DNA from: Squalus acanthias
Taxonomy: Eukaryota
DNA: 64,000 nt
Direction: 5' to 3'
Assembly (NCBI GenBank): GCA_030390025.1
Contig: JASTWF010000048.1
Location: 1,426,001 to 1,490,000 of the forward strand
Numbering within the stretch: position 1 is the stretch's first letter; every line of letters begins with the position of its first letter. This document shows, piece by piece, positions 13,775 to 26,819 of the stretch. The notes beneath the pieces are model-generated. The model searched no databases and was not told the origin of the DNA. It saw only the letters and a program-made list of their open reading frames with translations. A program made the position numbers and the translations under genes.

Positions 13775-16700
13775 ATTTCACTATATGCCCACTGACTCTC
13801 ACAGCCACCTTGAAAACATGTCCTCCCACTCCGCTTCCTGAAAGGACTCTATTCCATTCTACCAGTTTCTCTTTCTCTGTCACATACCAGAGCTGCCGAT
13901 AAGTCATCATTTTTACTTATCTGAGGATTCCACTCCACCATGTTTGACAGGGCACTCGACCGTGTCCTTTCCATTCCCCGAACTTCTGCTCTCACCCTTT
14001 CCCATCCCTCCCACAACCACGACAGGGTTCCTCTTGCCCTCACGTTCCACCCTACCAGCATCCGCATGCAACGGATCATCCTCGACCATTTCTGCCACTT
14101 CCAGCTTGATCCAACAACCAAACACATATTCCCTTCCCCTCTCCTTTCAACATTCCGAAGGGATCGTTCGCTCCGAGACACTCTGCTCCACTCCTCTATA
14201 ATCCGCATCACCCCCTCACCTTCCCACGCCACCTTCCCGTGCAACGGCAGGAGATAGAAACATAGAAACATAGAAGATAGCAGGAGTAGGCGATTCAGCC
14301 CCTCGAGCCTGCTCCGCCATTCGATGAGATCATGGCTGATCATTCATACTCAGTACCCTATACCTGCATTCTCCCCATATCCCTTGATACCTTTAGCTTT
14401 AAGAAATATATCTAACTCATTCTTGAATATATTTAATGACATGGCCTCAACTACCTTCTGTGGTAGAGAATTCCACAGGTTCACTACTCTCTGGGTGAAG
14501 AAAGTCTTCCTCATTTCTGTCCTAAATGGCTAACCCCTTATCCTTAGATTATGGCCTCTGGTTCTGGATTCTCCGATCATCAGGAACATTCTTCCTGCAT
14601 CTAGTTTGTCCAGACCTGTCAGAATTTTATATGTTTCGATGAGATCCCCTCTCATTCTTCTATACTCCGGCGAGTATAAGCCCAATCGACCCAATCTCTC
14701 CTCATATGTCATTCCTGCCATCCCAGGTATCAGCCTTGTGAATCTTCGCTGAACTCCTTCCATGCCAAGAACATCCTTCCTCAGATAAGGCGACCAAAAC
14801 TGCACACAGTACTCAAGGTGTGGTCTCACCAAGGCCCTGTACAACTGCAGCAGGACATCCCTGTTCCTATACTCAAACCCTTTCGCTATGAAGGCCAACA
14901 CACCATTTGCCTTCTTCACCGCCTGCTGCACCTGCATGCTTACTTTCAGCGACTGGTGCACAAGGACACCTAGGTCTCGTTGCACTTCCCCTTCTCCCAA
15001 TCTATTCCCATTCAGATAATAGTCTGCCTTTCTGTTTTTGACACCAAAGTGGATAACCTCGCACTTATCCACGTTATATTGCATCTGCCACGCTTCTTCC
15101 CACTCACCCAACCTGTCCAATTCATCCTGGAGTTTCTGGGTATCCTCCTCGCAGCACACACTCCCACCCAGCTTTGTGTCATCTGCAAACTTGGAGATAT
15201 TACATTTAGTACCCTTATCTAGATCATTAATGTATATTGTGAATAGCTGGGGTTCAAGGACCGATCCCTGCGGTACCCCACTAGTCACTGCTTGCCACTC
15301 GGAAAAAGACCCATTAATTCATACTCTCTGCTTTCTGTCCGCCAACCAGTTCTCTATCCAAGTCAATACCTTGCCCCCAATCCCATGTGCCTTAACTTTA
15401 CCCGCGAATCTCTTATGCGGGACCTTATCGAAAGCCTTTTGAAAGTCCAAATACACCACATCTACTGGTTCTCCCTTATCTATTTTCCCAGTTACATCCT
15501 CAAAAAATTCCAGTAGAGTAGTCAAACACGATTTACGTTTTGTATATCCATGTTGACTTTGTCCGATCCTGTCACTGTTTTTCAAGTGCTCAGCTATTAC
15601 ATCCTTTATAATGGACTCTAGCATTTTCCCAAATACCGATGTCAGGCTTACCGGTCTGTAATTCCCCGCTTTCTCTCTACCACCCTTTTTGAATAGTGGG
15701 GTAACATTGGCTACCCTCCAATCCATGGGGACAGTTCCAGATTCCATGGAATGTTGGAAGATGATCAGCAATGCATCTACTAATTCTAGGTCACTTCCTT
15801 AAGTACCCTAGGATGTAGATTATCAGGCCCTGGGGATGTATCGGCCTTCAATCCCGTCAATTTCCCTAACACTATTTCCCTGCAAATACTGATTTCTTTC
15901 AGTTCCTCCCTTTCATCAGGCCGTATGTTCTCCAACATCTCTGGGAGGTTATTTGTGTCCTCCTTTCTGAAGACAGAACCAAAATATGCATTTATTTGGT
16001 CTGCCATTTCTTTGTTCCCCATTATAACTTCCCCGCTTCTGACTGCAAGGGACCTACACTTGATTTCACTAATCTTTTTCTCTTCACATATCTGTAAAAG
16101 CTCTTACAATCAGTTTTTATGTTCCCAGCAAGCTTACTTTCATATTCTATTTTCCCCTTATTATTTAATCCCTTTGTCCTCCTTTGTTGAATCCTAAACT
16201 GCTCCCAATCCTCAGGGCTACCGCTTTTTCTGGCCAATTTATATGCCCTCTCCTTGGATCTTATGCTATCCCTAATTTCCCTTGTTAGCCACGGTTGAGT
16301 CACCCTTTTTGTTTTATTCTTATGCCACACTGGGATGAACAAATTCTGTAGTTCATCCATGCAGTCTTTGAATGTTTGCCATTGACTATCCACCGTCAAC
16401 CCCTTGAGTGACATTCCCCAATCAATCCTACCCAATTCGCGCCTCATACCATCGTAGTTTCTCTATATAAATTCAGGACCCTAGTCTCTGATGAAACACC
16501 AGCCCTATTAACTCCTCCTTTCCCACCCAAACACTCCTTCCAGTTGAAACAGCTAATTTCTTGTACTTCTTTGAATTTACTATATTGTATTCGCTGCTCA
16601 CCATGCAGTCTCCGCTACATTGTGGAGACCAAACGCCGATTGGGTACCCACTTTGCAGAACAACTCCATTCAGCCAGCAAGTGTGATAACGAGCTTCCGG

Positions 16701-17240
16701 TCACCTGTCATTTTAATCCTCCGCCTCACTCCCACTCTCACCTCTCTGTCCTCGACCTGCTGTTATTGTTGTAATGAAGCTCAACGTAAACTCGAGGAAC
16801 AGTGCCTCATCTTTTGATGAGGCACTTTACAACCTTCTGGATTCAACTTCGAGTTCAACAATTTCAGATCATAACCTTTGCTCCCATTTCTTCAGACGAC
16901 AGCTGTTGATGATTTTACTATTCTCATTTGCACCTCGTCTATCTTTTGTGTCTTTACAAGTCCCATTACCATCTCCTTTCGCCGTTCCCTATCATCTCTT
17001 TCGATATTTAATCTCTCCACCCTATCACAGACTTTTCCCTTGGTTCTTTCCTGACCTCCCATTCCCTGCCTCTGTAATTGCTTAAAACCTGTTACATCTC
17101 CAACTTTTTCCTGTTCTGTTGAAAGGTCATCGACCTGAAACGTTAAATCTGATTCTCTCCCTACAGATGTTGCCTGACCTGCTGAATATTTCCAAAATGA
17201 TCTGTTTTTAATTCAGTTTCCCTGCATCCGCAGTGTTTTG
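13775..17240 (+). mobile_element. Penelope-like retroelement (RT C-terminus plus GIY-YIG), split by a nested CR1
   Basis: 13775-14255 contains PTDSH and RVPLALTFHPTS...FRRDRSLRDTL...TFPCNGRR. It resumes at 16490 with CTSLNLLYCIRCSPCSLRYIVETKRRLGTHFAE. Confidence 0.8.
14254..16489 (-). mobile_element. CR1 LINE (2.2 kb, 5'-truncated) nested in the Penelope element
   Basis: Consecutive RT fragments (14530-16447) and a (TTTCTATG)n 3' tail at 14254-14280. Confidence 0.95.
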
Positions 17241-17285
17241 CTTTTGTGATATTGTGAGCAAGTTGTTTCTGAATTCGATTTTTAC

Positions 17286-17425
17286 ACTGCACGAGAAGAT
17301 GAAGAAAATTGTAACGTGTCGTGGTGATAAAATGTAATCCGGCGGCTACTTGCATTGCACACAGAACAGGGCTGAATCTTCAATCCGGTTCAGTTTGATT
17401 GTCATTGCTTCGGAGCCGGAAGTTG
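17286..17425 (-). pseudogene. Orphan V leader/promoter remnant (V exon absent)
   Basis: The 3' end ...CTTCTCGTGCAGT|GTAAA matches the end of the V11 leader (...CTTCTGGTGCAGT|GTAAG). CCGGAAGT lies at about 17416. Only Penelope and CR1 sequence follows downstream. Confidence 0.45.
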
Positions 17426-17549
17426 AGTCCGCCAATCTGGAAGATGCATGACACAGCTGCAGCCGTCCCCACATCAACTGAACTAAATTAACAGCAAAAA
17501 GTAACCATTGGGCCGTATAATTTACTCACTGATTTTGATGCTGTTTGAT

Positions 17550-17880
17550 TTGCTTCTTTCTTTCTTCCTGTCCTTTCTTTCTCTTTTCATTAATGGCTTT
17601 CTTTCGCTCACTTTTTCTCTCTTTCTCACTTTCACTCTCTCTCTTTCATGATCTCTTTTTTTATTTTCTTTCAATCATTCTTTCTTGCTCGCATTCCTTC
17701 TCTTCCTATTTCTTTCTTTCTCTCTTTTTGACTCTCGCATTCATTTACATTTTTCTTTCTTTCTCTCTGTCTTTCTTTCCTTCCTTCATTCTTTCTCTCG
17801 TTCTTTCTTTCTTTAATCCTTTTTCGTTCTTTCTGTTCCTTTATTTGCGTCTCTCATTATTTCGCTCCATTTCATCTCAT
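17550..17880. repeat. CT-rich low-complexity tract (also about 22850-23240, 26620-26770, 39125-39270, 59120-59270)
   Basis: Read directly from the sequence. Confidence 0.85.
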
Positions 17881-18494
17881 CTGATGAATCACAAAATGCA
17901 GATTAATAAATTGCTTTTGCAAATAAAACAGTGAATGGGAATAACGTGGGTTGTTCATTGGTAAGAGGTGCTGCTCATACCACGACACTAGAAAAGAGCA
18001 GCTTTCAGGAAGTCTAATTGCGGTTTTGTGCGAAATGGCCAGGAAGTGAATATGTTACAGAATCAGGGGATCTGACCATTAACGGGACTCGTAGATCTGC
18101 GGTGGCATTGATGACTCTGTGCCAAAGCACAGGCTCAGGATCAAATGGAACTGCAGCGCCACCTATTAGATATAACGAGCAACTACGTGAACCTGAGACT
18201 TGGGTCTTTCCCAGTATAACCGATTGCGTAAGCAGTTTCAAATCATGCTCTCAAATTGATCCGACTTCCAATTATTTTGCCATCTCCAGATGTTGGCACA
18301 TGTTACCTAGAATTACATCGAATAACAGCACAGAATTAGGCCATTCGGCCCAGCTATCCATTTTGGTGTTTATGCTCCACACGAGCGTACTCCCACCCTA
18401 CCTAATAATATAACCTTCTATTCATTGCTCCTCCATGTGTTTATCTCGCTCCCACTCAAATGCATCAACATTATTGGCATCAAACACTCCATGT

Positions 18495-20733
18495 GTGTAA
18501 ATACGGACACACTCCCAGGGATCACCTGTAACTACTGAAACACTACACGGGGTCCCCTGTAACTCATATGTGATATATTTGCTTTATGGAAATGGATTAT
18601 ATGAGAGAGAGGCTAACACATGATTTAGGATAAATCATTAGGATTTGGCAGGGGGCATGCTAAGTAAGCAAGGAGGCGTGTGGTTAATGCAACGGTCCTT
18701 TGTAAGAATTATATCTAGTTTACAGCAAACATGTCAAGCTTACTGCTGTTATCAGTCCGTTAAGATGTGATGTCCATAACCGTGAAAAGGTCTGCTACAT
18801 TCAACGTAAATAAAACACAAATTCCAATGAGAATGGTGTGTATGTGGGGTGACATTTCCATCTGTCGATGTAGTAGTAAAATGCACAGAACGATCAAATA
18901 ACAACAATCCCAGAATTGCTAGAGTTAGAGCAAGTCATCTGAATTTGCCATTCCAGTTGTACATATATGGACTATTTTAGTTTTCATTTGGTGAAGAACA
19001 CGCCTGAATTGGTTATCAGTTGGAAACTCAATGGATATCCTACTGGTAAGTATATAGACATAAAACTTGCTTTCATATCCTGTCGATTTTAATAAAACCA
19101 AACATTTGATTTATCTCTGGCCTCCGAACAGGTGGTAACATAGGAACAGAAGTAGGCCATTCAACCCATCTAGCCTATTCCGCAATTAAATTAGATCATT
19201 GCAGATGTGTATCTTGCATCGATTTAACCATCTTGGTTCCATACCTATTAATAACCATGCCTAACAAAAATCTATCAATCTCATTTTGGAATTTTTCAAT
19301 TGATTCCCAGACTCAACAGATTTTGGCGGAGAGAGTGCCAGAGTTCCACTACCCTTTGTATGAAGAAGTGCTTCCTGACATCAATCCTGAACGGCCTAGC
19401 TCTAATGTAAAGGTTATGCCCCCTGGTTCTGGACTCCCTCACCTGCGAAAATAGTTTCTCCCTATTTCACCCTATCAACTCCTTTAAACATCTCGATTAG
19501 ATTACTGATATAAATCAGGGGTGTCCAGAATGCATATGGTTATGCGAACAAAATTGTGACGCGAATAATGCTGTGTTTACACGATGGTATTACAAAAGGA
19601 GCCACAAGTTTCTTCAGACTAGTATTAGAATAACTGGATACATGCTTAGAATTTGCTTATGCTTAGATTCCCTGCGGCTATTAATAACATTTTGCACTGC
19701 GATTGTCAAATATGACCTTGTTTCCAGGCTAGCTGTCTGCTGTTTATGTGCTAGGAAGGTTGTTTTATGTATCTTTAATTTTACCAACCGAGGCCCAACG
19801 CCCACATTTATTCCATTACTGCTAATACCCCTATTATAATGCTAAGTTAGTATTTTGACTTTGTTTAACAAAACTGCTTTAAAATGCATAAGCTAACCAG
19901 TGTATGGGAATAGAATAGAAGCTATCTTTGCGAATGTAATGATTTATTCCACGGTACAATAGTCTGATAATGAAATAGTTAGTTTTGCATAGCTAAAGCT
20001 GCATGAACAGCAAGGAACATAAATAAGTATTAATAAGTAGTTCTGAACATCTGATGGCCGAGAATGTCATGTCCGACTCCAAACTAGGTCGGATAGGGAC
20101 AAGGGAGATAAGATACATTCCCATGGAAAGGCCTCAAAAACGTATAAACAATAAAGCATGTGTAATGATTCTGAAGACCCCGCCTGGAGGGAGGATCTTT
20201 ATCTCGAAGTCGAGACAAAGTACGCGACGCCTCATTGGGTACTGAGGATTTAGGGGAACCACCATAGGCTAAATGCTCTTGTCAATAATTTGGCCTCAAG
20301 CCCACCCCTAAAAAGAGAATAGAAGTTACACACCGAGCGCTTGCCCACACAGCCGCTGGAGGGGAGAGCCGAGCAGAAGTTGGGCTGGTCGAACGCTCTT
20401 TCGAGAGTTATCCCGTGCTCACCAACTCAGAGGTTCTAGACCAGAGGAAGAGAGGCCGCAAGCCAGAGAACGCCAGCAGTCTGTCCGACCGGGACCGGGA
20501 CCAGCTGCTTGTCACGGTTTTTGCTGTATAACTAACATGTTATATTCCGTCTTAAACTCTGATTAAACACAATATAGCCACTATATTGGTTTGCAGTCGA
20601 TCCTGATTATTTGAAAGACTAGAGATAAGTTACTAATTGGCCGAATCTCTACATCGGCCCTTAATATTATTTACTCGATGGAGTACATTATAGGATCTAT
20701 ATAATTTGAATGAATCACACCGGTTCATCTAAC
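18495..20733. mobile_element. LTR-like interspersed repeats with a CR1 3' fragment (about 19135-19500) between them
   Basis: 18570-19100 resembles 60150-60700 (GAGGCTAACA, CTAAG…AAGCA…GGAGGC, AAGAATTATA, AATAAAA). Ends look like TG…ACA. Boundaries are approximate. Confidence 0.4.
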
Positions 20734-20873
20734 ATCAGGAAATCACTTCCAATTCACCTCAATAGATCTAGATTTTTTAATTCAAAGCAGTCACCCGAAA
20801 ATGGCGCTATGCTTCATCAATGAGCACTGCTTACTTGAGTTGCCGACACTTTCGGCTCCGTTTTACAGGATGG

Positions 20874-20912
20874 TATGTTTCTGACACAGCCCTACACCTG
20901 TTGATCACTGTG
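20874..20912 (-). other. Degenerate 23-RSS of V4 (CACAGTG-23-AGAAACATA)
   Basis: Perfect heptamer at 20906-20912; the nonamer position matches only 5 of 9 bases. Confidence 0.75.
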
Positions 20913-22037
20913 ATCCGTGCAGTAATACACCGCCGTGTCAGTCGGCTCGACGCTCAGTATTTTCAGGCTGCAGGACTTAAGATCGGGTCTGGTGACTTCA
21001 AGCCTTTCCTTTAAACCCTCTTCAGGCTTTGGGTCACAGATGCCAATCGAGGTCTCTATGAGCTGCAACCCTGCCGCGCTGTGCTGCCGGTACCAGTACA
21101 TGTAGCTATAGCTGGTGTCGTTCTGGTAGCAGTGCATTCCCGCCATGCGCCCCGCTCCAACCGACATCCGGTTCCACCACTGGGAAACGAGAGCAATGCT
21201 GCAACAAGCTACAGAGGAACAGGAGAAACAGATCGGATCAAATACAAGCAGGCACAATAAGGATAGAGAGACATTTTCTGTCAAAAAGCATGATGCACAC
21301 CACAGTCGAACAGTTCGTTGAGCCAAAATGCAGATTCGTCATCTGTGGACGCCTAGTGTCCGTTGATCCCAACTGGAGCGGCGATAAATCGCTGCACTTG
21401 GCCTCAGTGCCCATTGCTTCCAGTCAGCCAGCTTCGCCATTCTACTCTACGTATTCTCGCTTAGTTGTAATCCCTTGCACTGTCAACCGATCCACCAAGA
21501 CTAACTGATGCAGCTCACTCACGTGGGCCAGGTGCCGTGACCGGCTGCCGAGGCCCGTACAACATTCAACTAAAGTGGAGGCGACATATTTAGTCATGTA
21601 CGTTAAAAAAATAAACAAATAGGCCACAATGGGAAGGTATTCATTGAATCATGGAATGATACAGCACAGAAGGAGACCATTCGGCCCATCGTGCCTGTGC
21701 CGGCTCTTTAAAGATCTATTCAATTAGTCCCACTCCCCTCCCGCTCTTGATCCATAGCACTGTACATTTTCCCCTTCAAGTATTTATCAAATTCTCTGTT
21801 GAAAGCTATTCCTGAATCTGCTTCCACCACCCTTTCAGGCTGTGCATTTCTGATCAAAACAACTCGCTGCGTAACTTAATAAAACACATTTTAAATTATC
21901 TAAGCTACTGGAGCGTATGTTTAGCAAATTGAATCGGATTTGCCAGAATCGGATGAAACCGGGACCAAATCACCCTTCAAGTGAAAACAGTGACCTGGGT
22001 GAAGCGGCCGCAGCAAATATAGGTAAACAGTACACAT
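20913..22037 (-). CDS. TRBV: TCR beta V segment V4 (same family as V10); open frame but degenerate RSS nonamer and weak leader donor, so ORF or likely non-functional
   Basis: V exon 20913-21208: ALVSQWWNRMSVG...MHCYQNDTSYSYMYWYRQ...DTAVYYCTD. Candidate leader 21995-22037 (MCTVYLYLLRPLHP) has a GTCACT donor. CGGAAGTG lies about 100 bp upstream. Confidence 0.75.
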
Positions 22038-22623
22038 GATGCCAGAAATTGAAGTCTTTTCCAGCTCCCAGCTCAGCTTCGCTGCCACACAGTGGGCCCT
22101 GATTGCCCCTGCACCTCGTTTTGTGCGTGGTTGCGGAAGTGTCGACATTGCAAGAGCGCCCAATAGAACACCCCCTCCTTCATTCAATCAGAGCAAATTG
22201 TTCGTATCTGCAAATGTAAGAATAATAAATACACAGGATCGACTTGCAATATGCAATCTATTCCAGGGATTCCATGAAGTTTGGAACGCATTACATATAT
22301 GTGTTTTGTGGAGATATATGATACCTGGAGAGACTGGCGAAGCTGCGAGTGTGCTGCTTGGAGCGGAGAAGGCTCAGGGGAGCTCTCATCGAGATGATGA
22401 AAATCAAGACAGCATACTGTTGCTTCCTGTCTAATCTATCAAAAGCCTTTGCATAATTTCAATATTAAAGAATCAAAATACCCACGGGTTAAATAAAACA
22501 TTATTGCAATAGCATATTTAATAGTCGGCTCTTGATATGTAATCGTGCCACAATCATTCATATTATTCCCATTGCTTAAATGAATCGAAGTAAGACATTT
22601 GTTGCTAAACCGTAACGCTGATG

Positions 22624-22776
22624 AGGCATCAGGAACAACACAGTCAGTTGCAGGAAATCTAAACGCATCCCAGCCAGAAGCAATCGGTCGGCTGCAGCTG
22701 AGCGCGTGGAGAAGCGGCTCGAAGTAATTACCCTTCGAATTGCAGGATGCAGCGTCGTGACCGGAAATGACGCCAC
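22624..22776 (-). pseudogene. Orphan V leader/promoter remnant
   Basis: The minus strand reads MRLDFLQLTVLFLMP, like the V2/V9/V11/V12 leaders, but lacks a GT donor. CCGGAAATGACGCCAC lies about 95 bp upstream. Confidence 0.55.
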
Positions 22777-23613
22777 ACGCAACCTTGCGTCCACAAAAAG
22801 ACTGCTGAAATATCAACGATTTGGACCACATTATTTTCCCCAATTATAACTCTTTATTTATTTATTTATTTATTTATGTTACTGCTTTCTTTCTCTCCCT
22901 CTCTCTCTTGTCTTTCATTCTTTCCTTCTTTCACTTCTCCTTCATCTCTTTCTTTTTTTCCTTTCTTGTTCTTTTCCTTCATTTCTTTCTTTTCCTGGCT
23001 TTCTTTCGTTTTCTTTTTTTCGTTTTCTCTTTAATTATCTCTCTTTCTTCCTCGGGCTTTCTCTTTTGCTTTTATCTGTCATTCTTGCTTGGTTTCATCG
23101 CTTATCTTGATTTTCCTTTCTTTCTCTCTTTCTTTTCTTCTCTTCCGTTTTCTCTTTTTCCTTTTACCTTATTTCCTTCTTTCTCTCTTTGTATTTACCC
23201 CTTCCTCCCTTGCATCTCTCTTCACTTCATTCCTTTCATCTAATTTCATAAATGATGAAGTTTTTTTGCCAATTTAAACAAAAAGTGAAAGTTAATAAAT
23301 AAATTTGTCGAGAAGTAAAAACGCGACAGAACCAGCGGAGTTCACCAGTGAAGGGACTCGTAGTTCTGCTGCGGCATTTCTCACTCTGTGCCAGAGCATG
23401 TTGTGGCAAAGGATAGAGAGGAGCTACACCACCACCGAGTGGCTTCAATGTGCAACTACAAGCACCTGAGGCGTCTTTCAAAGGATACCCGATTTCATCG
23501 GCATGTTCATGTCATGCCTTCAAATAAACCGCCTTGGAATTGTTTTCTCCTCTCCTTCAGATGCTGACATTTGTTACATAGAATTAGATGAAATTTAGTG
23601 GATGGGTTCAGAC

Positions 23614-24243
23614 TGTTAGGATAAAATTATAGGGCTTAAAGCAGCAACGTAAAGAGTTAAAGAATGTACTGTGAAAGGTGAACTCGTAAATACAGAATGG
23701 TTTCGCTGACAGAGTGCGATGAGTAATGTCTGTGGTCAACATGCGTACGTGCGAGACGACTTGAGGCCCACCAAGGACTACAATAATAGCACAACGGTTA
23801 CACTTGAGAACCGATCACCGCATGACCAGCCAGTCCGGCCGGACAGATGTGATGTAACACTCTATGTTTATAGTTTCGGAAGTGAACTGACAAGAACATT
23901 TAGCTTAAAGTGCAGATTATAATGAGGAGCTTGTTGCTGGGGAATGTGATTGGATGAATACATTTGTATCTAACGGATTGCGTAAACGTCCCTATAATGT
24001 ATAAAAGAAGTCCCGATACCACTGTAACGACGAGAAGTTGATCACTAGACCAGGGGATCTATGGCTCTTCTCCCAGATCGCTCTTTTAAATAAACTGTGA
24101 TCTTCTGCTTTGAGACAGACTCGAGTGAATTCATTTTTCACCAACAAGACCATTCTGCCAAACCTGCCCGAGCCAACTCGTGTGGAACCTTGCTCCACAC
24201 GAGTTGGCACCCCACCACTTTATCTAGACATATCAGCATAACA
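23614..24243 (+). mobile_element. Putative solo LTR
   Basis: TGTTA…TAACA termini, internal TATAAAA (about 24000) and AATAAA (about 24089). No target-site duplication confirmed. Confidence 0.45.
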
Positions 24244-25180
24244 TAAGAACATAAGAAATAAGAGCAGCAGTAGGCCATACGGCCCCTCGAGACCACCCGC
24301 CATCAAATAAGATCATGGCTGATCATCGATCTCAAATCCACTTTCCCGCCCGATCTCCATGTCCCTTGATTCACCTAGAGTCCAAAATTCTATCTATCTC
24401 AATCTAGATTATACTCAAATACTCAGCATTCACAGCCCTCTGGGGAAGCGAATTCCAAAGATTCACCACCCTCTGAGTGAAGCAATTCCTCCTCATCTCA
24501 GTCTTAAATGGCTCACCCCTTATCCTGAGACTAGGCCGCTTAGTGCTAGACACCCCAGCCAGGGGAAACAACCTCTCAGTATTTACACCGTCAATCCCCT
24601 TCAGTATCTTGAATGTTTCAATGAGATCACCTCTCATTTTCTAAACTCCAGAGAGTGTAGGCCCATTCTACACAATCTCTCATCATAGGACAGCCCTCTC
24701 ATCCCAGGAATCAATCCAGTGAACCTTCGTTGCACCGCCTCCAAGACAAGTATATCCTTCCTTAGATAAGAAGACCTAAATGTGCACAGTACTCCAGGTG
24801 TGGTCTCACCAAGGCCCTGTAAATTTGTAGCAAGACGTCCTTACTCTTATACTCCAACCCCCTTGCAATAAAGGCCAACAGTCCATTTGCCTTCCTTATT
24901 GCTTGCTGTACCTGTATGCGAGCTTTCTGTGTTTCTTGCACGAGGACACCCGAATCTCTCTGAACACTAACATTTGAAAGTTTCTGACCGTTTAAGAAAT
25001 ATTCTGTTTTTCCATTCTTCCTAGCAAGGTGAACAACCTCACATTTCCTGACAGTATACTTCATCTGCTACCATAGTGCCCACTCACTTAGTCTATCTAT
25101 ATCCCTTTGCAGACTCTTTGTGTTCTCCTCACAGCTTACTGTCCCACCTAGCTTTATATCATCAGCAAACATGGATACAT
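24243..25180 (-). mobile_element. CR1 LINE 3' fragment
   Basis: QRDSGVLV…LVRPHLEYCA and RRNCFTQRVVNLWNSLP, with a 3' tail. Confidence 0.9.
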
Positions 25181-25701
25181 TACAGTTATTCTATCTCCGT
25201 CATGCACGTATCAAGTTTTACATTAAATGCGCCTATGCTATTTGTTTCAAACACTCCATGTAGTAACGAAATCCATATCCTCAGCACTCTCTTATTGGAT
25301 TTATTAGTGACTATCTTATAGTAATGTCAACCAAGTTTTAGTCTCCCCCACTAAACGACTATCCCATCAAGCCCCTTTATACGTTAAAACACCTCTATTA
25401 GTTCAGCACTCGGCCATCATTTTCTAGAAGAAATTAGGTCCTGCCGGTTCAATCTTTCCTGATGGATATGGCCTCTCCGCTAAGATAGCGTTCCATGGGC
25501 ATCAAAAGCCATTGTTCATGTGTGCACCCAGAAAGGGTGCGTTGATTGGATATTCTGAGGACCAATTTCGGTCCTGTCTGTAATTGGTCAGACTTTGCAC
25601 ACAAGCGCGCCCTGAACAGATGAAGTTTCGCACACGGCCACACAAGGCGCTGTTCACCGATTTCTGATTAAATGCATCAGTTTGAGGCCAGAAGGTGCAA
25701 G

Positions 25702-25740
25702 GGTTTTTGTCAAGGCGGTGAATTAATCTGAACCGCTGTG
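25702..25740 (-). other. 23-RSS of V5 (CACAGCG-23-ACAAAAACC)
   Basis: ggtttttgt at 25702-25710 and cgctgtg at 25734-25740. Confidence 0.96.
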
Positions 25741-26484
25741 TCGCCTCAGTAGCTGCACAGAAGTACACCGCCACGTCAGTGGGTTTAAAGCTCTCTATCT
25801 TCAGAGTGGATTTCTTATTTTCCAAAGTCCTCGTAATGGCAAACCCGCTCTCAAAACCCTCCTCATACTGAGCTTCACTTCCTAAATAAATTGATCCGAT
25901 TAACACGAAGCCTCCGCCGGCGGACTGACGATACCACAGCATATAGCTGCGAAGCGTCCCGTTCTGAAAGCAGTTCAGTTCGGCAGATTCTCGCTGGTTG
26001 AGGCCAAGCGAGCGGGGCCATTGATGCACCACATCGCCCCGGGAACCACCTGGAAACAAGAATTAGGGGGAAAGAATTAGGACAGTTTACATTACACTTG
26101 CGACAATAGTTGCGCGATTTCCGCCGAATGCAGGATGGAAATTAAATCTTTGTGCTAATTTCCTACAAGCACCAGACACAATGCAACTGTAAAGTGGAAC
26201 CGCGAAATCTAAAAACTTGCAAAGTGTGCAACTATTAAACGCTTAAAATAACATTCACAACACTTCTTGTTCCAAAAATTAGCAGATTAAAGAGTCAACT
26301 ATCTGATATTACAATTGATTGCTGATATTTCACTTCATCGCGTTATTTCACCGCCGAATTGCATTATTTAGATCATTAATTATCCCTTTTAGTTGATCAA
26401 GAATAGTGCAGTCATTGCGACTGATTAGGACATACTCAGCGCCAGAGAGAAAAGAGCAACCACGAGCAAATGGAAGCGCCTCAT
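25741..26484 (-). CDS. TRBV: TCR beta V segment V5 ('HQW/CYQN' family), apparently functional
   Basis: Leader 26436-26484 (MRRFHLLVVALFSLAL, GTATG donor). V exon 25741-26049: GDVVHQWPRS...NCFQNG...WYRQ...VYFCAATEA. Confidence 0.9.
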
Positions 26485-26573
26485 TGCGGGGGATCTAAGA
26501 CACCTTCAGCTCCTTGTCCTGGCATTGCGGGAGTGACACAGATAAAGGACGTGCAGAATAGAACGTCATAAGC

Positions 26574-26587
26574 GGAAGTGACGTCAC
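26574..26587 (+). promoter_or_regulatory. ETS-CRE / V-beta decamer-like promoter element of V5
   Basis: GGAAGTGACGTCAC about 90 bp upstream of the V5 ATG. Confidence 0.75.
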
Positions 26588-26819
26588 GGCACCTACCTCC
26601 GTCAGTTCCTTTATGTTGTCCACCTTTTTCGTTTCTATCTCCCTATCTGTCTTTGTTTGTTTGTTGATTTCGTTCTACACTTTTTGTTGAGTCCTTCATT
26701 CTTACTTTCTTTACCTTCTTTTTTTCCCTTCTAATTTTCTTTCTGTCTTTTTTCTTTCTTTCTTATTACTGTTATTACATGTATGCAGAATTCAAGGACA
26801 ATAACGGAAGTAAATAGAA

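Noticed and set aside
21517-21565. J-like reading LGSRSRHLAH followed by GTGAGT
   Set aside because: No FGxG motif and no upstream RSS.
17545-23277. Phe/Leu/Ser-rich hydrophobic ORFs (17545-17934, 22821-23243)
   Set aside because: Translations of CT low-complexity tracts.
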